The translations under genes and the position numbers were made by a program. From Octopus vulgaris (Eukaryota): 64,000 bases of DNA. This document shows positions 13,050 to 26,940 of this stretch, piece by piece (position 1 is the stretch's first letter; the number at the start of each line of letters is the position of its first letter). The notes under the pieces are model-generated. The model saw nothing but the letters and a program-made list of their open reading frames with translations. It made no database searches and was not told where the DNA came from. The stretch lies in NCBI GenBank assembly GCA_951406725.2, contig OX597831.1:42718001-42782000 (forward strand), given 5' to 3'.

Positions 13050-13640
13050 ATTATATGATCGAACGCCACGCATCCTTTTCCAAGTAAGTTTTATCTTAAT
13101 TACGATGTGCACTCTTCTATCTCTACTATTTCTTCTCCGCCTATCTTTCTCCCTCTCTTGTTCTTCATCCTTTCTGGTTTTCTCTCCTACCCTTCCCTAT
13201 TCTTCTCTTCTCCTCTTCACCGTTCCCGCTCTCTCGCTCCTCCTTCTCGACTCTCTCGTCGCTGACACGTCCCTTCCTCTCGTTGCTCACTGCCTTCCTA
13301 AAGACAAAATGTGCTTATACTGTCTTATCTCAAAAGCTCGTCTTCCTAGCGTTCATAATAATTTTTCTGTCGTCTTGGCTTAACAACCCTCACCGTTTGT
13401 TTTTACTGTTTTGTTCTCACTGTCCTGTTCTTGTTACCACTTTTACCCTCCGCAAAAAATCCCAAATGTTATTTAATTTGCTTTGCGGGTAGGACTGTTT
13501 CAACGAAGTCGCGTATTGTCCTTGCCTCGACGCGCGGACTAGATGGAACAGGGACAACTGAACAAGGGGAATATTCTCTGTTTTTGTTTTTATGTTTTCG
13601 TTTCTCATTGTGTTCAACGTTTTTTTTATGTCCTGTACCC
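13050..13640. mobile_element. unclassified insertion between two ~62-bp direct repeats
   Basis: CATATATATGTAGGCATGTATATATATGTATGTATATATGCATATATTTATAAATTTTATAT occurs at about 12918-12980 and 13660-13722 around a CT-rich segment. Confidence 0.45.
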
Positions 13641-14014
13641 ATATATGCATGTATGTATACATATATATGTAGGCATGTATATATATGTATGTATATATGC
13701 ATATATTTATAAATTTTATATGTATATTTATGTATATATATACATACATGCATGTATATATATATATGTATATGCTAAATCTTCTTCTTTAAGATGGTAT
13801 GTTAGCGATGGTACGTATGTGCATGTTTGTGCGCCCGTATGCTTATGTACATGTACACACATACACACACACACATCTATGAATAAGTACATGTATGCAC
13901 ATTTGCATAGACACATTTTATTCAAGAACTTTTCTCTATGCCTATTTGCACGTGAATATGCGTGCGCCCACGCGCGTGTGTGCATCTATATATCTATATA
14001 TATGTATGCATGTA

Positions 14015-14050
<36 letters not shown>

Positions 14051-14795
14051 TATATATGTATATATGTATGTATATATATTTGTATATCTATATCTTTATC
14101 TATACACATACGTATACATTCACACACACACACACGCACACACACACACTATCTGTACAGTCCAGTTAGTCTATTAAATCTAACACAATATAGACAGATG
14201 TTTTTCCTTGCGCCCGATTTCATTTCCTTCTCCAATTTTCGAATAATAATTGACGTTTTTTCACAAAGATCCTAGTTATTTCCTTCATAATTATTTTAAT
14301 ATATTCTTTTATTCCTTACATCATTTCTATCTTGCATTGCATCGTTGCCAGTCTTCTGTTCTTCTATTTTCCACATTTTATATATTTCATCCGTTCGTTG
14401 TCTTTTCTATTAGTTTCTCACTTTTCCTCTCTTCCTTCCTTCTACCATTCTTTTGTCTTTCTTTATTCCCCCTCCTTCTTTTTCCTTCACCTTTCTTCTC
14501 TTTACTTTTTGTTTTCTTTCTTCACTTTCTTCCAGTTCTTTTTTCCTTTTTCTTCATTTCCTTCCTTCTTCCCTTTATCTTTCACTTCAAATTTTTCTTT
14601 ACACCTTTCGTCTTTTTCGTCATGTTTATTATTTACGCTTCGTCCATTTTTCCCTTCCATATTTTCTCCTTTCTGTTACTTTTCCTTCACCCACATCCTT
14701 CAATTAACTATTTTTTAGCTCCTTAATGATTTTAATTCACTCTCCTCTCTTCACATCCCATTCTCTCTCTCTTTTTCTGTCTGTCTCTATGTCTC

Positions 14796-14831
<36 letters not shown>

Positions 14832-15002
14832 ACTCTCTCTCGCTCTCTTATTCCTCGCTCAAATCGTTGTTCCTTAATAGACTGTATTAAAATATAGAAA
14901 ATGAAATATCAATAAAAATAAGGCTGATCTCAAACACAATCGTATTTTCAAAATATCAAAACAGCATTCTCCATAGAAAAGCAGTCTCTCTCTCTTTCTC
15001 TT

Positions 15003-15083
<81 letters not shown>

Positions 15084-15419
15084 TAGAATCCACAAATAAA
15101 GTACTCTATCCAGAGTGAGAGATAAATATAAATTTAATACACAACCAAAGGAGCTACTAATAGTTTCATGCTTTTATGATACTTTAGCTAGGTATGTTTA
15201 TAAAATACTCCACGCAATCTTTCAGGGTCCATTTATGTATTATATATATATATTTTGATAAGGACGCAGGACAGTGAAAAAATAAGGAAATGCTTGAAAA
15301 ATATATTGAAAAGAACAAGGAGAAGGCTGATGCCTTTTGATCCCTGTCCTCTCTGAATGCAGAAAGAACAATTAATACAGCTGGTATAGAACAAAATGAC
15401 AGAAAATATGTCAAAAGCT

Positions 15420-15900
15420 GCAAGACAGCAACTCAATTCGGAGCGGGTGATGTCCTTCAATCCAGCAATAGAAACCTGTCCATGTGTTTACACCTGATAA
15501 AAATTTCAGATCTGGAATTAAGCAGTGTGTTGGAATTGTTGGATTTAAGAATATGAGATCTTTCTGCTACGCATTAGTAGCATTTCTTAGATCCGTTTAT
15601 ATTTGGCTTCGGTTTCTCTACGATTCTCCACTTGATTGCATGTGGTGTGGTGCGGTTCTTCAAACTCCATACGTGGCTAGCCAACTAAGTAGCGGAAACA
15701 AGACAGGTGGTTTGCATAACGTATTTTGCATTCACCTTCACATAACCCAATGTAATTCGTCTTTTTAATTGATTTATATTGAAGCATTGCGATTACTTCT
15801 GTTTCGTATATAACAGAGTTTATCATACACGCCTGATGATCGCACTGGCATGAAATTCGAACCCTGAGACAAACACTCATTTTCAGGTTTAATAAAAAAT
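15420..15900 (-). mobile_element. decayed Penelope-like element, GIY-YIG endonuclease region
   Basis: Minus ORF 15677-15928 gives CMINSVIYETEV...NYIGLCEGECKIRYANHLSCF (VIY...YIG...R..NH), followed after a frameshift by LASHVWSL; typical of the PLE C-terminal endonuclease. Confidence 0.8.
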
Positions 15901-16346
15901 TATATTCTCTACAACATGAATTGAGCACTCTTATTTCGTTCGTTTGATATTAATAACGTACGAGTATCTGTGTGTATGAGTGGGTGGGTGTGTCTGTATG
16001 TATGTATGTATGTATGTATGTATGTATGTATGTATGTATGTATGTATGTATGCATGTATGTAGGTATATATATATATATATATATGTATAGATAGATAGA
16101 TAGATATACATACGCATATATGTAAGTATCTGTGTGTATATGTGTGTGTGTGCAAACAAATATATAGTCCTGAACAATATATTTATAAAGCACTGCACGT
16201 TATATAATTTACAACTTGTCCCTTACCATATATGAGTGGGTACATGTATATATATATATATATATATGCACGTACACACACACATTTATTTGTATATATA
16301 TTTAAACATACATACCTCACACACATGCTAATACACACATACATAC

Positions 16347-16377
<31 letters not shown>

Positions 16378-16407
16378 CATACATACATACATACATACAT
16401 ACATACA

Positions 16408-16439
<32 letters not shown>

Positions 16440-16606
16440 CACATCTATATTAAAGGATTTTGTGAAGTGCTTGTTGTATCGACCACTTCACAATTTGGTA
16501 ACTCCACTCAACTCGCGCTTGCTTACAGCAACAGAATACCATTGAAATGTCGCTGTTGCAATCGTTATAGTTGCGTTTTTGTTATTATTGGCGTTGTTGT
16601 TGGTGG

Positions 16607-16646
<40 letters not shown>

Positions 16647-16894
16647 ATTCCTTTTATTGTTACGGGTTTTTAGTTTGTTATTATTATTGCAAAAGATCTT
16701 ATGTTTCTATAAATACAGAATGAAACATAAAATCGATTTATTTCGCCAAGGATTCACAAACCAAACGGTTTGTGTATTTAGCGATAGGGAAAGCGCTATG
16801 TCACATTCCTACATTATCGTTTTCGGCCAAGAATCGTAGACGGCAACGCGGTTTCGACTCATGTGATTACATTTCCCTATCTATATGCTGTATT

Positions 16895-17052
16895 TTGTAA
16901 GCAGCTTGCTTCCCAACCACATGGCACGGCTAAAATATGTACCAGGCTTTAAAAGAAGTACTGGGGTCGATTCGTTCGACTAAAATTTAAAGCGGCGTCC
17001 CAGCATGGCCGCAGTCTAATGACTGAAACAAGTAAAAGGTAAAAGATTAAAA
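16895..17052 (+). mobile_element. internally deleted SINE family B
   Basis: Head fragment GCTTGCTTCCCAACCACATGG joined directly to the 3' tail. Confidence 0.75.
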
Positions 17053-17240
17053 GCTAAATATAATTTGATCTAAGAAAGAAGTTCGACCCATTGCCACAGC
17101 AAACCATCTGTGACCGATGAGATCGACACTGTTGACAAAGCCGGTACCAAGGTCTTAGGCCATTCTTACGATGTGTGCCCCCTTCTCTGGCTCTTCATTG
17201 TGCATCCTCTTTTACCTGCTCCATAAAGTGTGTTCCTTTC

Positions 17241-17970
17241 TTATTTCTTTATTGCCCACAAGGGGCTACACACAGAGGGAACAAACAAGGACAGACAAAC
17301 GGATTAAGTCGATTATATCGACCCCAGTGCGTAGCTGGTACTTAATTTATCGATCCCGAAAGGATGAAAGGCAAAGTCGACCTCGGCAGACTTTGAACTC
17401 AGTACGCAACGGCAGACGAAATACGGCTACGCATTTCGCCCGGCGTGCTAACGCTTCTGCCAGCTCGCCGCCTTCTTAGACGAAATAACTATTTCTTTAC
17501 TACCCACAAGGGGCTAAACACAGAGGGACAAACAAGGACAGACAAACGGATTAAGTCGATTACATCGACCCCAGTGCGTAGCTGGTACTTAATTTATCGA
17601 CCCCGAAAGGATGAAAGGCAAAGTCGACCTCGGCAGAATTTGAACTCAGAACGTAACGGCAGACGAAATACGGCTACACATTTCGCCCGGCGTGCTAACG
17701 CTTCTGCCAGCTCGCCGCCTTCTTAGACGAAATAACTATTTCTTTACTACCCACAAGGAGCTAAACACAGAGGGGACAAACAAGGACAGACAAACGGATT
17801 AAGTCGATTATATCGACCCCAGTGCGTAGCTGGTACTTAATTTATCGATTCCGAAAGGATGAAAGGCAAAGTCGACCTCGGCAGAATTTGAACTCAGAAC
17901 GTAACGGCAGACGAAATACGGCTAAGCATTTCGCCCGGCGTGCTAATGTTTCTGCCAGCTCGCCGCCTTT
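17241..17970 (-). mobile_element. head-to-tail trimer of family A1 SINE, period about 247 bp
   Basis: Junction TTAGACGAAATAACTATTTCTTTAC repeated near 17477 and 17723; three near-identical units. Confidence 0.95.
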
Positions 17971-18570
17971 CATTTCTTCTTGCCCTACAATGTACGTCCC
18001 CTTCTCCTAGTTCCACTATGTTCGTTACTTTTTCTAGTCATACAATAAGCTCGTCTTCTCTTCAAGTCCTACGACGTGCGCCCTTCTCTTATCACTACAA
18101 TGTATCCCTCCACTCCCAGTCCTACAATGTGCACAACCTTCTCTCAGGCCTATAATATCCTTTCTCTTGGGTATATAATAGAGCTAGAGCAATGCCCGCT
18201 CCCTCCTCCCAACTCTCTATAACATATTCTACTTTATGGACTGAAGTCTTTTTCAAATCCGTCTATTAGGGGCACAGTGAAAATCTGTAAGACATTCCTA
18301 AGTTTGAGCATCTGAGATTCTTTACGTGAATGGATGCTCAGACAGTTCAACTATCACACCAACTCAACCTCATGTTTACGAGAGCAAGGAACTCTCTTAA
18401 CTCAAAATGTCTTGTTGCTTTATGTTAGCAACTGGCTTGAACTCTCTTCACAAGAACTTAAATAAAGCTTAATGAACAAAACATGCATACATATGTACAC
18501 ACACACACACATTTTCAAAATGCAGATATTTTTACATGATGATTAAAGCATCTTTCGGCTGAAATCTAAG

Positions 18571-19018
<448 letters not shown>

Positions 19019-19592
19019 TGTGTGTTGTGTAGCCGCAGACTAATGACTGGAGTTTGTAAAAGAATAAAGGAATATAATTCAAAACACACACACGTATCGT
19101 ACAGCTCGTGTCTAACAATAACCAAAAATAAAAGTATAAAAATAAAAAAAGGATAAATAACGTAATGAACTAAAATATGATGGACCAGACGAAAGACCTA
19201 AGTCTGTGTGAAAAAAAAACGAATGGTGATAAAATCGAATATTTATATTAAAATGTATAGAAACCATTGCAGACACAGCCGTCAGCCATAATCTGACACC
19301 TACTTGAAGCATGGAGACAGTAGAGCTCTTTTGAGCACTAAACAATGTATTTCCTTTTAATTTCACAGCGGTATTTAAATACTTACGCATATACAATCAT
19401 ATATATTCGACAGACTGTAATGAGTGTGTGGACAAGCACTACCAAAAGGTCGGTGGTTCGTTCCTTGTCACAGGCATTGTGCGTTGTGCATGTGACCACA
19501 GAAACTTAGATATTAACGAGCCATCAAATGACCCTCTCGATATAACAGCCAACTGCCATGAAAAAATGAAGGAAATAACGCAATGGAAAATT

Positions 19593-19757
19593 TAGTGTCG
19601 TTGCAAGAGAGTGTGCCGCTCGGGGTAGCTCTTGAATCTGTCGTTCTCCTGGTACTCTGGGGACTTTATACAGGGTTATACAATAAATCCAAAAGTATCG
19701 CCTAGGGTGAACTCCCTCCTCGTGTTCCCTCCTTCCCCATACAGATATGCTACTTTG
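19593..19757 (+). mobile_element. degenerate MITE, same family as 32824-33003
   Basis: Left end TAGTGTCGTTGCAAGAGAGTGTGCCGCTCGGG resembles CAGTGGTGTAGCTAGAGTGGGTGCGGCCCGG; shared internal GGGTTATACAATA(A/G)A(T/C)CCAAAAG. Confidence 0.55.
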
Positions 19758-20588
19758 CAAAAATAAACTGGATGGTCACAGTTAGAACGAAATTGATAAT
19801 AGGTCTGTAAAGCGGAAGGCTGAAAATCTGGATGGTCATAATTGATTTGAATGCTGTTGATCAGAGGAAAGACGAAAAAAATTTAAAAAATGGATAGTCA
19901 CAGTTGGAACTCTTTCGACCATAAGCGTATTCAATCAGAACAACCTTCCGCAAACATACATTAACTATTTAATGGGCGAGTCCACCGACTGGTAATTAGG
20001 TAATGCAAGGTTGAACACAGTTTTACTCTGTAGGCACTGAAAAAATTTCTAGTTTATCATCAGTTGACTGTTGAAATGTGCCTGTAACAGGCGAGTCAAT
20101 TAGAGACCTTCTAGTTAAGAGGGGGTTGCGGAGGAAATCTTAGCTCTCTACCTTCACATTAAAACCTGAAACCGCTTGCTGATGGTGTCTTGAGAAACTC
20201 AAATGTAATTTGAAAATAGTCGTTAAAAACTTAAGATAAAAACAGTAATTTAATAAATGACATCTTATTACCAGTTTCAATTTGCTCGTGGCACGTTCGA
20301 ACTCGTAAACAAACAATTCACCGTGTTTTGTCATAGAGAAAATTACTCGCTGTAGACAAATTGTGTAATTTAATAATTGCTGAAGTAGTAAAATAAAGAC
20401 TTCGCTATTTTTCTTTTCAGAGACGTGTCTTAATGTCTGCTAATGCACTTGCAATTCAACACTGATCCTAAAAAAACGTTCCCTATCTTTACTCTAAGCG
20501 GTTACTTGACATGCTACGAGTAGCAACCAAATATTTCAAGCCAACGAACAAACTTTATATATGTTCATATCTTTATTCTTTCAAATGT

Positions 20589-20941
20589 TATTCTTTTATT
20601 CTTTTACTTGTTTCAGTCATTTGACTGCGGCCATGCTGGAGCACCGCCTTTAATCGAACAAATCGACCCGCAGGACTTATTCTTTGTAAGCCTAGTACTG
20701 ATTCTATCGGTCTTTTTTGCCGAACCGCTATTTTTGTCGGTTGTCAAGCGATGGGGGGGGGAGAACAATGACAGACACACAAAGACACACACACATATAT
20801 ACGACGGGCTTCTTTCAGTTCACTCACAAGGCTTTGGTCGACCCGAGACTATAGTAGAAGACACTTGCCCAAGGTGGGACTGAACCCGGAACCATGTGGT
20901 TGGTAAGTAAGCCACTTACCACACAGCCATTCCTGCGCCTG
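20589..20941 (-). mobile_element. SINE family B (several internal deletions)
   Basis: Tail, body and head motifs of family B on the minus strand. Confidence 0.9.
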
Positions 20942-21212
20942 TATAGCCGAAATAATTTGCAAAGGTGCGTAGCCTTATTGGTTTCAATATTCGGTTTACA
21001 ATCACAAGGTCGTAGCTCCGATTCCTAGACCAGTAGTGTTGTATTTGTGTTCAAATTCTAGCTCGACTTTATACTTCCTGCGTAGATAAATTTATGTTCC
21101 AATTAACTACTGTGTTCCATGTAATCAACAATCTCCTCCCAAATATAGTAGTTTTGTACCTGTATTAGAATATATATTAGGTGTATATGCTGATTTTAAA
21201 TTTTAGCACAAG

Positions 21213-21490
21213 GCCGAGGTCGACTTTGCCTTTCATCCTTTCGGGGTCGATTAAATAAGTACCAGTTACGCACTGGGGTCGATATAATCGACTTAATCCG
21301 TTTGTCTGTCCTTGTTTGTCCTCTCTGTGTTTAGCCACTTGTGGGTAGTAAAGAAATAGTTATTTCGTCTATCTTTACGTTCTGATTTCAAATTCCGCCG
21401 CGGTCGACTTTGTCTTTAATCCTTTCGGGGGTCGATGTAAAAGACTTACCCGCTTCCCTGAATTTGCTGTCCTAGTGCCAATAATTGGGG
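21213..21490 (+). mobile_element. family A1 copy joined into a second family A copy
   Basis: Junction AAAGAAATAGTTATTTCGTCT near 21351. Confidence 0.85.
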
Positions 21491-21492
21491 AA

Positions 21493-21555
<63 letters not shown>

Positions 21556-21670
21556 ACATACACATATATGAGAGTAAACCCAAGTTTTTGCAGTAAACTA
21601 AAGTATATCTGGCAAATATAAATAAATGTCTTTTTACAATCTCTTTGAGGCCGGAAAAAAGGGAGAACAG

Positions 21671-21710
21671 TCTGACTGGTTTTAATCCTTACTAGGAGCT
21701 CATCAGAAAT
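21671..21710 (-). ncRNA. degenerate minimal hammerhead-like motif
   Basis: Minus ATTT-CTGATGA-GCTCCT-AGTA-AGGATT-AAAACCAGTC-AGA; intact CUGAUGA but G12 mutated to A. Confidence 0.35.
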
Positions 21711-22319
21711 CTAGAAACTACGAGCAGCTGTTCACGAAGACATAAGAGACCACTAAATCGGAGAAACTAATTTGCATAAATGACGCCTTGCTGGTAGCTA
21801 GTTCAATTACTTAATTAAATATTGAGATTATATAAAGACAGCTGTTTACAATTGTCCAGTGTGTGTAATTTAGTTTAATTACACGAGACGTATCGTCTAA
21901 AATCTTAGATTTACTCTAAGGTGTAATTATAGCATCAGACAGACACTGTTTAACGAGTCAATAATTAGTTGATTGACACTTATGTATGGGTGTGTGAACA
22001 TATGTGCCTGTGAGTGTTTATATGTGTATGGTGCGTGTGTGTGTATATATATGTATATATATATATATACATATATGTATATATATATATGTATATACAT
22101 ACAAAATAATATATTTATAATTATATACACACATATTCATACATACAAAGAGAAAAAGAGAGAGTGAGAGAGAGAGATAAAGAGAGAGAGGAAGAGATGG
22201 TTATATCATGCTTTTATGTTTGGTGTGTATGTATGTATTTATAAATATATGCGTATGTAGCCATAATTCATTCTGTACGCGAAAGAAATAATGATGGATG
22301 CGTGGGACATATATTCAAA

Positions 22320-22599
22320 GATAAAAAGAAAGATTAGAGGAAGTAATTGATGAAGAGGAGGAGAGAGAAGAAGCTAGAGAGATAGCGAGAAAGATAGATA
22401 GAGAATAAGAGAGTGCGAGATAGAAAGGAGAATGAGAGAGAGAGGGGGGAGAAAGAGAGACAGAGAGGAAGAAAGCGAGAGAGAAAAGGGAAACTGTGTG
22501 AGAGAGAGAGATAGTGATTAGAGATGGAAAGACAGCGGCAGTGATTGGAGGGGAAAAGACGGTGATTAGGAAGATAGATCGAGAGATAGTGGTGACAAA

Positions 22600-22640
<41 letters not shown>

Positions 22641-22676
22641 GGTGAGAGAGAGCGCGGGAGGGAGAGACAGAGAGTG
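22320..22676. repeat. purine-rich (GA)n low-complexity tract
   Basis: Read directly. Confidence 0.9.
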
Positions 22677-23200
22677 TGTGGCATTCAATTAGAATGCGCA
22701 AGAAACATCATATAATGTGTTGTTGATTCGCTTAAGCTTCTTATAGCTTTTCTCTTTTTGTTTCAATATGACTGTCGCTAAGGTGAACATATGAGACTGT
22801 GACTTGTGCATACCCTGCTTGTAAATCGTGTTCATCACTTTGTAATAGGAAACACGGGTAGTTTGATGGTTTTCTTTGATGAACGACTAAATAACTAACA
22901 CAGTATTTGCCGAAGAGGAGCAGTTAACAATATTGCACATTTTTTTCAAGCGATTCTTTTATAATTACTTTCACAAATGCGGTAACATTTATTCTCTGCT
23001 GAGAAGATCATAATAAAACTGAAATATACCAGGAGTTATCTCCCCTAATCGCTGAAATAGTTGAAATAGAATTAGACATTGATTTAATAAGACACTGAAT
23101 TGCTGCTTTTCCCTTCACTATATGATGATTTCTTGTTAGCTCTTTGATGTTCTCTGCGTTAAATAGATTAACACGAACTTTATTTTTGTCTTCCTTGCAG

Positions 23201-23226
23201 ACGGCGTCCCTGCGTAGTTTGCTCGA
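23201..23226 (+). other. candidate 26-nt micro-exon
   Basis: Acceptor TTTATTTTTGTCTTCCTTGCAG ending 23200, GC-richer 26 nt, then GTAATT; lies in about 1 kb of repeat-free sequence. Confidence 0.25.
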
Positions 23227-23548
23227 GTAATTTTTCCAATAAAATATGCTAATTTTCTACACCGACTAATATACTAAATTGCATATTTACTTAATGTTTC
23301 TCATATTTCTATGTTAAAATGTAAGACCAACTCTTTGATTCACTGAAGAAGTCTAACGAGGCAGAATCATATCCAGAGTTATCTTTCGTACTAACTAAGT
23401 GCTTTATTTTTAGCTTTGTCTTTCCTTCATAGTATAAATAATCTTTAGAGGAAGATTTGGTACTCACTTAATTAAGCATGTTACTTAATTTAAAAGTGAC
23501 TTATATAACTCATATCTCAGTACAAATGTACTCTAACCAACTGTGATA

Positions 23549-23603
<55 letters not shown>

Positions 23604-23607
23604 GCTA

Positions 23608-23640
<33 letters not shown>

Positions 23641-24422
23641 ATAACTAACTATTTCTCTAAGCAAATCTTTTTATCTACCTACCTGTTTACCCCTACATCT
23701 GTCTGTCTATTATCGCGTGTGCATGGGTGTACATGTCTGCCTTTCTTAGACAATTTGTGAACCTCCCGAACTACTTACATTTGCCAAAGAGATGTAATGA
23801 AACCGAAACGCATCAGGAGTTGTCCCCACTTCCGTACATGCTGAAATTATCTAAAGTAGCATTAATCATTGAGTTATTGTGCTTTTTTACTTTACCTGAT
23901 TTCTCATTATTTCTAATTAGGTTTAAAGATACTCCTCCATAAAATGTTAACACGGGTACCGTTAGTTTCGGTACCCCCAGAAGAGAGAAAGGCAAAGTTG
24001 ACTTCAGTAGGAATTGATGTTAGAACGTAAAGTGATGTAATCAAATGCTGCTTCGCATTTAATCTGACCCTCAACGTCTTCTACTACAACTGTCTGTCTT
24101 TCAACAAATGTGAATAATAAAACTAGATGGTCATCTTGGCTGCAACCCGTTTGGTTATCGGTAAAGAGTGATAGTATGACCGTGGTTAAAGGATTCAAAA
24201 ATCAGTTTTTACACTAAAAAATAAAAAGGTATATAATCCTAGTTTGTTTTTAAAATTTCAAAGCATCAATAATAAAGAAACCAATCAAAAAGAAATCTTT
24301 TTTAAAATTTTTATCAAAAAACCAATCGTATAAATTCCTTTATATATTAACATTCACCTCACTCTACTTTCAAATTAAGACAATCAAAGTCTATAACATT
24401 TAGAAACGAGGTCCTAGTATTA

Positions 24423-24477
<55 letters not shown>

Positions 24478-25244
24478 AACCTACTTATATTCACAAAGAT
24501 AAACACAAGTATACATATACAAATATATTTACATAGAGCTTAAAAATACTGATTACTAAAAGGAGAATACATAGTCTCTTGACTCGCCAGCTGTTTCAGG
24601 AAGCTCAGGATTACGTAACATTCATAATTTGTAAATGGAATATGCAAGAAGAATTGGGTATGCAGCAAGTAAGCAGTCACGCGGAGATATTACATTAAGC
24701 CCGACTATCCTACACACATATACGCATGTATCTGTTTACATCAATGTGTGTACGTCTTTGGGCTTGGGTTGTACTTGTCATCCACCACCGCTTGATAACT
24801 GGTTTTGGTTTGTTTCCTTCCCCATAACTTAGCGGTTCAGCAAAAGTCACCAACAGAATAACTACCAGACTTTAAAGAAAATACGTACTGGTGTCAATTT
24901 GCTCGACCAAACTTTTTAAGGCGGTGTTTCCCTGATAGCGACAATTCAGTGGCTGAAACATGTAAAATATATTTAAAGATAAAAGGTTAAAAATAGAGAG
25001 AAAAAATCATCCCTTGGACGAGAGGAAGTTTGTGATATGGTGGATTTTCATTGCTTGTCGCCGCCATTTTCTTTTTAACTTACGACCGGAAAGACATACA
25101 TAAATATCCCAACTCATTCTTCTATTATCTCATTTAATCCTAAACTATTACAATTCATTTATGCTTAGCCAATAACGACATCAATATGGTAAACAGATAA
25201 CTCTACAACAAAACCATCTACTAAAATAAATAACTATTAAACAA

Positions 25245-25337
25245 ATAATAACAATAATAATAATAATAATAATAATGATGATGATAATAATAATAATAAC
25301 AATAATAATGATAATAATAATAATAACAATAATAATG

Positions 25338-25416
<79 letters not shown>

Positions 25417-25439
25417 TGATGATGATGATGATGATGATG

Positions 25440-25497
<58 letters not shown>

Positions 25498-25506
25498 TGA
25501 TGATGA
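25245..25506. repeat. (TAA)n/(TGA)n trinucleotide array
   Basis: Read directly. Confidence 0.97.
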
Positions 25507-25873
25507 CATGACCGGTCAGTGAGTAGAATATTAAGTGATGCCTGGAGACACACAGACTATGTTCGTGAATGTAAGTCACGTGTTATTGGAATATTCCGGA
25601 AAGAGCGTTAAAATAATCACCTTTTGTTTGATATGCATACTTTTGGTTTTGATTTTTACTATATTTACTTTTGAAACAAGATTCATTTCCGTTGTTCATA
25701 GTTTCTTTCCAATTGTCCTCAAATCTACTTGTTTTGTTTGTTTTTCTTTTTTAACTCATCACTCTCTCCCTCTCTTTCTTCTCTCACTCCGTCTCTCTTT
25801 CTCTCTTTCGCTGTTTCTTTCACTCTCTCTTTCTGTCTATTTATATTCATACAAATATTTATATTCTATCTGC

Positions 25874-25929
<56 letters not shown>

Positions 25930-25994
25930 TTTCTTTCTTTCTTTCTTTCTATTTAAACATAAATTTATTTAACGGTTGTGTACCGTTTTGTTCA

Positions 25995-26052
<58 letters not shown>

Positions 26053-26469
26053 ATCTATCTAATTTTTGCTACCTAATCCAAATACGATTAAGTGGTAGGA
26101 TTTCTTCCTCTCTCCCCTCCCTCTCCTCCTTCCCCTCCTTTTCCACTTCTTCTTCTTCTTCACTCTCTTTCACCCTCTTCCTTGCAATCAGCAGTCTTCA
26201 GTATGTTAGGTGTATTGACACTTCTCATTCATACAACCTTCCTATTCCAGGAGAAAATGTGCACACATTTACAATCAGCCATATAAATAATTGTTTGGAT
26301 GTATGCATGTATATGCATATGTATTTTGTGAGAATACGTTTGAGAATACAAACGGTAAATAGTACTCAATGCGTATAGTAGAGTTTATTTGTTCGATCGA
26401 AAAATATATGTTTATACACACACACATAGATTCATACACTTACAGATATATAATTATATGTGGTCCAAA

Positions 26470-26625
26470 AATAAAGAAAACATTAAGGCTTGGTGAAAGA
26501 ACAACAAACAAGGTCTATAAGGTTAACGGTCAGGAACAATGGAAGAAGTCTTTAACGTTTCGAGCTTACACTCTTCTGCAGAAAGGAAAGATGAGGAGAG
26601 AAAAATGCTGGAGAGGATAAAGAAA
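26470..26625 (-). mobile_element. short hammerhead-bearing Penelope-type element (HHR fold 26549-26586)
   Basis: Minus CCTTT-CTGCAGA-A-GAGT GTAA GCTC-GAA-ACGT-T-AAAGA; related to 35981-36183 and 49897-50103. Confidence 0.6.
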
Positions 26626-26841
26626 CATGTCTGAATTAAACCAAGAGACTAAGAATCCTTTAACAAAATTAACCCTACGAAGGACAACTTGGAACAACGA
26701 GAACACCAGTCGCAAAAGATCACAGACAACAAATGCAGCAAGCATATATTCCCATCATCAGCTGCCTGTCTTTATGGTTTCGACATCTGGCAGTACCATT
26801 CAATAGGACTATATCACAAGCGTTAAAAACATGAACTCTGC

Positions 26842-26940
26842 TTGAAAATTAATATACAGTATTAATGTACAGTATGAAAATTAATATACAGTTAAAGTAT
26901 GCTGAAATTAATATACAGTATTAATATACAGTATGCTGAA
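26842..26940. repeat. short minisatellite, core TTAATATACAGTA
   Basis: About five imperfect copies. Confidence 0.8.

Noticed and set aside
14200-14726. Phe/Leu/Ser-rich membrane-protein-like ORFs
   Set aside because: Pyrimidine-rich low-complexity tract open in all three frames
17241-17970. CRISPR-like or satellite array
   Set aside because: Units are whole 247-bp SINEs with no unique spacers; eukaryotic context and no cas genes
18240-18480. CR1/L2 LINE 3' remnant
   Set aside because: Only a faint RGH-like motif; too degenerate to call
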